DNA of 64,000 nucleotides from Gammaproteobacteria bacterium (GTDB lineage Bacteria; Pseudomonadota; Gammaproteobacteria; Francisellales; CACEW01): NCBI GenBank assembly GCA_030652335.1, contig JAUSAW010000010.1, positions 64,563 to 128,562 of the forward strand, read 5' to 3'. Shown piece by piece: positions 62,671 to 64,000 of this stretch (position 1 is its first letter; each line of letters starts with the position of its first letter). The notes under the pieces were generated by a model. It saw only the letters and a program-made list of their open reading frames with translations, ran no database searches and was not told where the DNA came from. The position numbers and the translations under genes were made by a program.

Positions 62671-64000
62671 ATGCAATCAAGACATCCAACTAGCCTCTGG
62701 GTATTAGCTTTCGCAAACTTAAGCGATTGTTTTAGCTATTATGGAACGATAACCATATTGGTCCTATATGCCATGCACGTATTTCAAATGGATCGTAATC
62801 AAAGCTATATAATCTACGGTTTTTACGCCGCTTTAATCTATTCCACCCCGGTATTAGGCGGGATTATTGCCGATAGATGGCTTGGCAGCAGGAAAACTCT
62901 TATTTTAGGCGGGATTTTAGCCATAGTGGGCAATCTTATTTTGCTCTCTCAGTGTCGATATGGCTTCTCTTTAGGTTTATCAACCTCGGTGATAGGGTCG
63001 GGCTTTTATAAGAGCAATTCTACCCATATGATTGGCATGCTCTATCCGGATAATGATCCTAAAAAAGAATCGGCTTTTACCTGGCTATATGTATTTTGTA
63101 ATATCGGCGGCACCTTGTCACCCTTGGTATATGGGTTTTTAATCTACAAAGCCGGCTGGAGTGATGGGTTTTTATGCAGCGCCATCGTGATTCTGTTAAG
63201 CCTATTGTGGCTATTGTCCACCAAAAGCCTTAAATCACAATTTGCCACCGAGCGTACGGGCAGCACTTTTGAAACGAGCCTTATTTATGCGTTAAGCTTG
63301 GTAGGCTGTGGTTTGTTTAGCCTGCCTTTCTTCTGGCCGGTATTTATTGCTCCCGTTATGATAGGTTTTTTTATTATCGTGATCGGCTATTTGCTAATGA
63401 TGCTGTCGAAATATAAGGGCTTAGAAAGGGCAAGATTAGCGGTATTGTTAGCGTTAAGCCTATTTGGCATGTTGTATTATGCAACGGTTATGCAGGTCGG
63501 CACGACGATTGTCCTATTTATTCAACAAAAAATTAATCTAGGCGCCATTAATACCCACTTGCCAGCCAGCGTATTCGGTACCTTCTATGCCTTATTTGTG
63601 ATTGTGCTTGCGCCTATTTTTTCGATGCTATGGAAGGCTTTAAAAGCCCGCGGTATTATCCTTTCAGCACCTATTCGCCTTGCTTTGGGAATATTAATTG
63701 CTGGTCTTGGAATAATGGGCTTTGCGGTGGCTTCATTGACCAGTTATGTTTTATTTGGTATTTTAATGGGAAACTTACTCTTAAGCGCAGGGGACCTTAT
63801 ATTAATGCCGGCTATCTACACGGCCATTAGTAATAATGCACCACAGGGCATTAAAAATAGCCTAATCGGTTCATGGTTCTTATTTCTAGCGCTGGGAGGC
63901 TATTTAAGTAGCCTGTTAGCGCGCGTTTCCAATGATTTTTCCACTAAATTTATGGCGCATACTCCGGCTTATGCTGGCGAGTTTATCTTTATCGCAGGCT
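62671..64000 (+). CDS. POT/PTR2-family proton-dependent oligopeptide transporter (3' end outside window)
   Basis: Not in the ORF track because no stop falls inside the window. MQSRHPTSLWVLAFANLSDCFSYYGTITILVLYA.. and ..LGGIIADRWLGSRKTLILGG.. (PTR2 signature). I checked the frame as open over 63601..64000 and at the 5' end, but did not translate the middle codon by codon. Confidence 0.85.
   Translation, partial: MQSRHPTSLWVLAFANLSDCFSYYGTITILVLYAMHVFQMDRNQSYIIYGFYAALIYSTPVLGGIIADRWLGSRKTLILGGILAIVGNLILLSQCRYGFSLGLSTSVIGSGFYKSNSTHMIGMLYPDNDPKKESAFTWLYVFCNIGGTLSPLVYGFLIYKAGWSDGFLCSAIVILLSLLWLLSTKSLKSQFATERTGSTFETSLIYALSLVGCGLFSLPFFWPVFIAPVMIGFFIIVIGYLLMMLSKYKGLERARLAVLLALSLFGMLYYATVMQVGTTIVLFIQQKINLGAINTHLPASVFGTFYALFVIVLAPIFSMLWKALKARGIILSAPIRLALGILIAGLGIMGFAVASLTSYVLFGILMGNLLLSAGDLILMPAIYTAISNNAPQGIKNSLIGSWFLFLALGGYLSSLLARVSNDFSTKFMAHTPAYAGEFIFIAG

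Noticed and set aside
63630-63830. Listed 66-aa ORF near the window end.
   Set aside because: It is out of frame inside the POT transporter gene, which runs off the window edge.
1-64000. Search by eye for CRISPR arrays, tRNA/rRNA/tmRNA genes, IS elements, transposases, integrases, phage genes, reverse transcriptases and known defence-system signatures.
   Set aside because: I found no periodic direct repeats with spacers, no tRNA-like GGTTCGAATCC arms, and no ORF with DDE, tyrosine/serine recombinase or RT motifs. Only the small fragments at 37100..37333 and 50683..50820 hint at past mobile DNA. A manual scan can miss small RNAs.

Overview
This is a 64-kb chromosomal window, moderately AT-rich. 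By eye I found no rRNA, tRNA, CRISPR array, transposase or integrase. No searches or computations were run; all family names rest on motifs read from the translations and on remembered reference sequences. The gene content looks like a Legionellales-type (Coxiellaceae- or Legionellaceae-like) gammaproteobacterium, which is inference only.

Housekeeping genes:
- greA 3' end, hemB, yhbY, uvrB, rpmB-rpmG, radC, dut
- phosphomannomutase, nrdAB with tandem NrdR boxes, sodB, grxD
- an unlisted 58-aa rubredoxin
- aspC-like and argD-like aminotransferases

Interleaved with these are four other groups:
1. A large heptose-type LPS core cluster: hldE-hldD-waaA, three GT9 genes, a GT2, a GT4-deacetylase fusion, a WaaL-like ligase, and a Kdo/WaaP-type kinase fused to a large extra domain.
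2. An incomplete arn-like lipid A modification locus: ugd, the ArnA decarboxylase domain only, arnC, arnT and one arnE/F-like gene. No arnB, formyltransferase or arnD is in the window.
3. A CusRS/CopRS-type two-component system with two palindromic boxes.
4. About a dozen orphan ORFs with eukaryote-like repeats (ankyrin, TPR, a 38-aa repeat) and Ser/Thr/Pro/Ala/Gly-rich C-terminal tails. These look like type IVB (Dot/Icm) effector candidates.

Most interesting observations:
- A CheD-like Thr/Cys/His deamidase motif fused to TPR repeats (24119..25216).
- Two distant paralogs with Cys-cluster tails (3282..5457).
- A tandem ankyrin paralog pair with a duplicated 5' region (29381..32720).
- A polytopic membrane protein with a pilin-like ectodomain splitting the arn locus.
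- A MITE-like palindromic element with dispersed partial copies (41445..41671).
- A second CusR-type box followed by a structured CU-rich RNA candidate (60209..60365).
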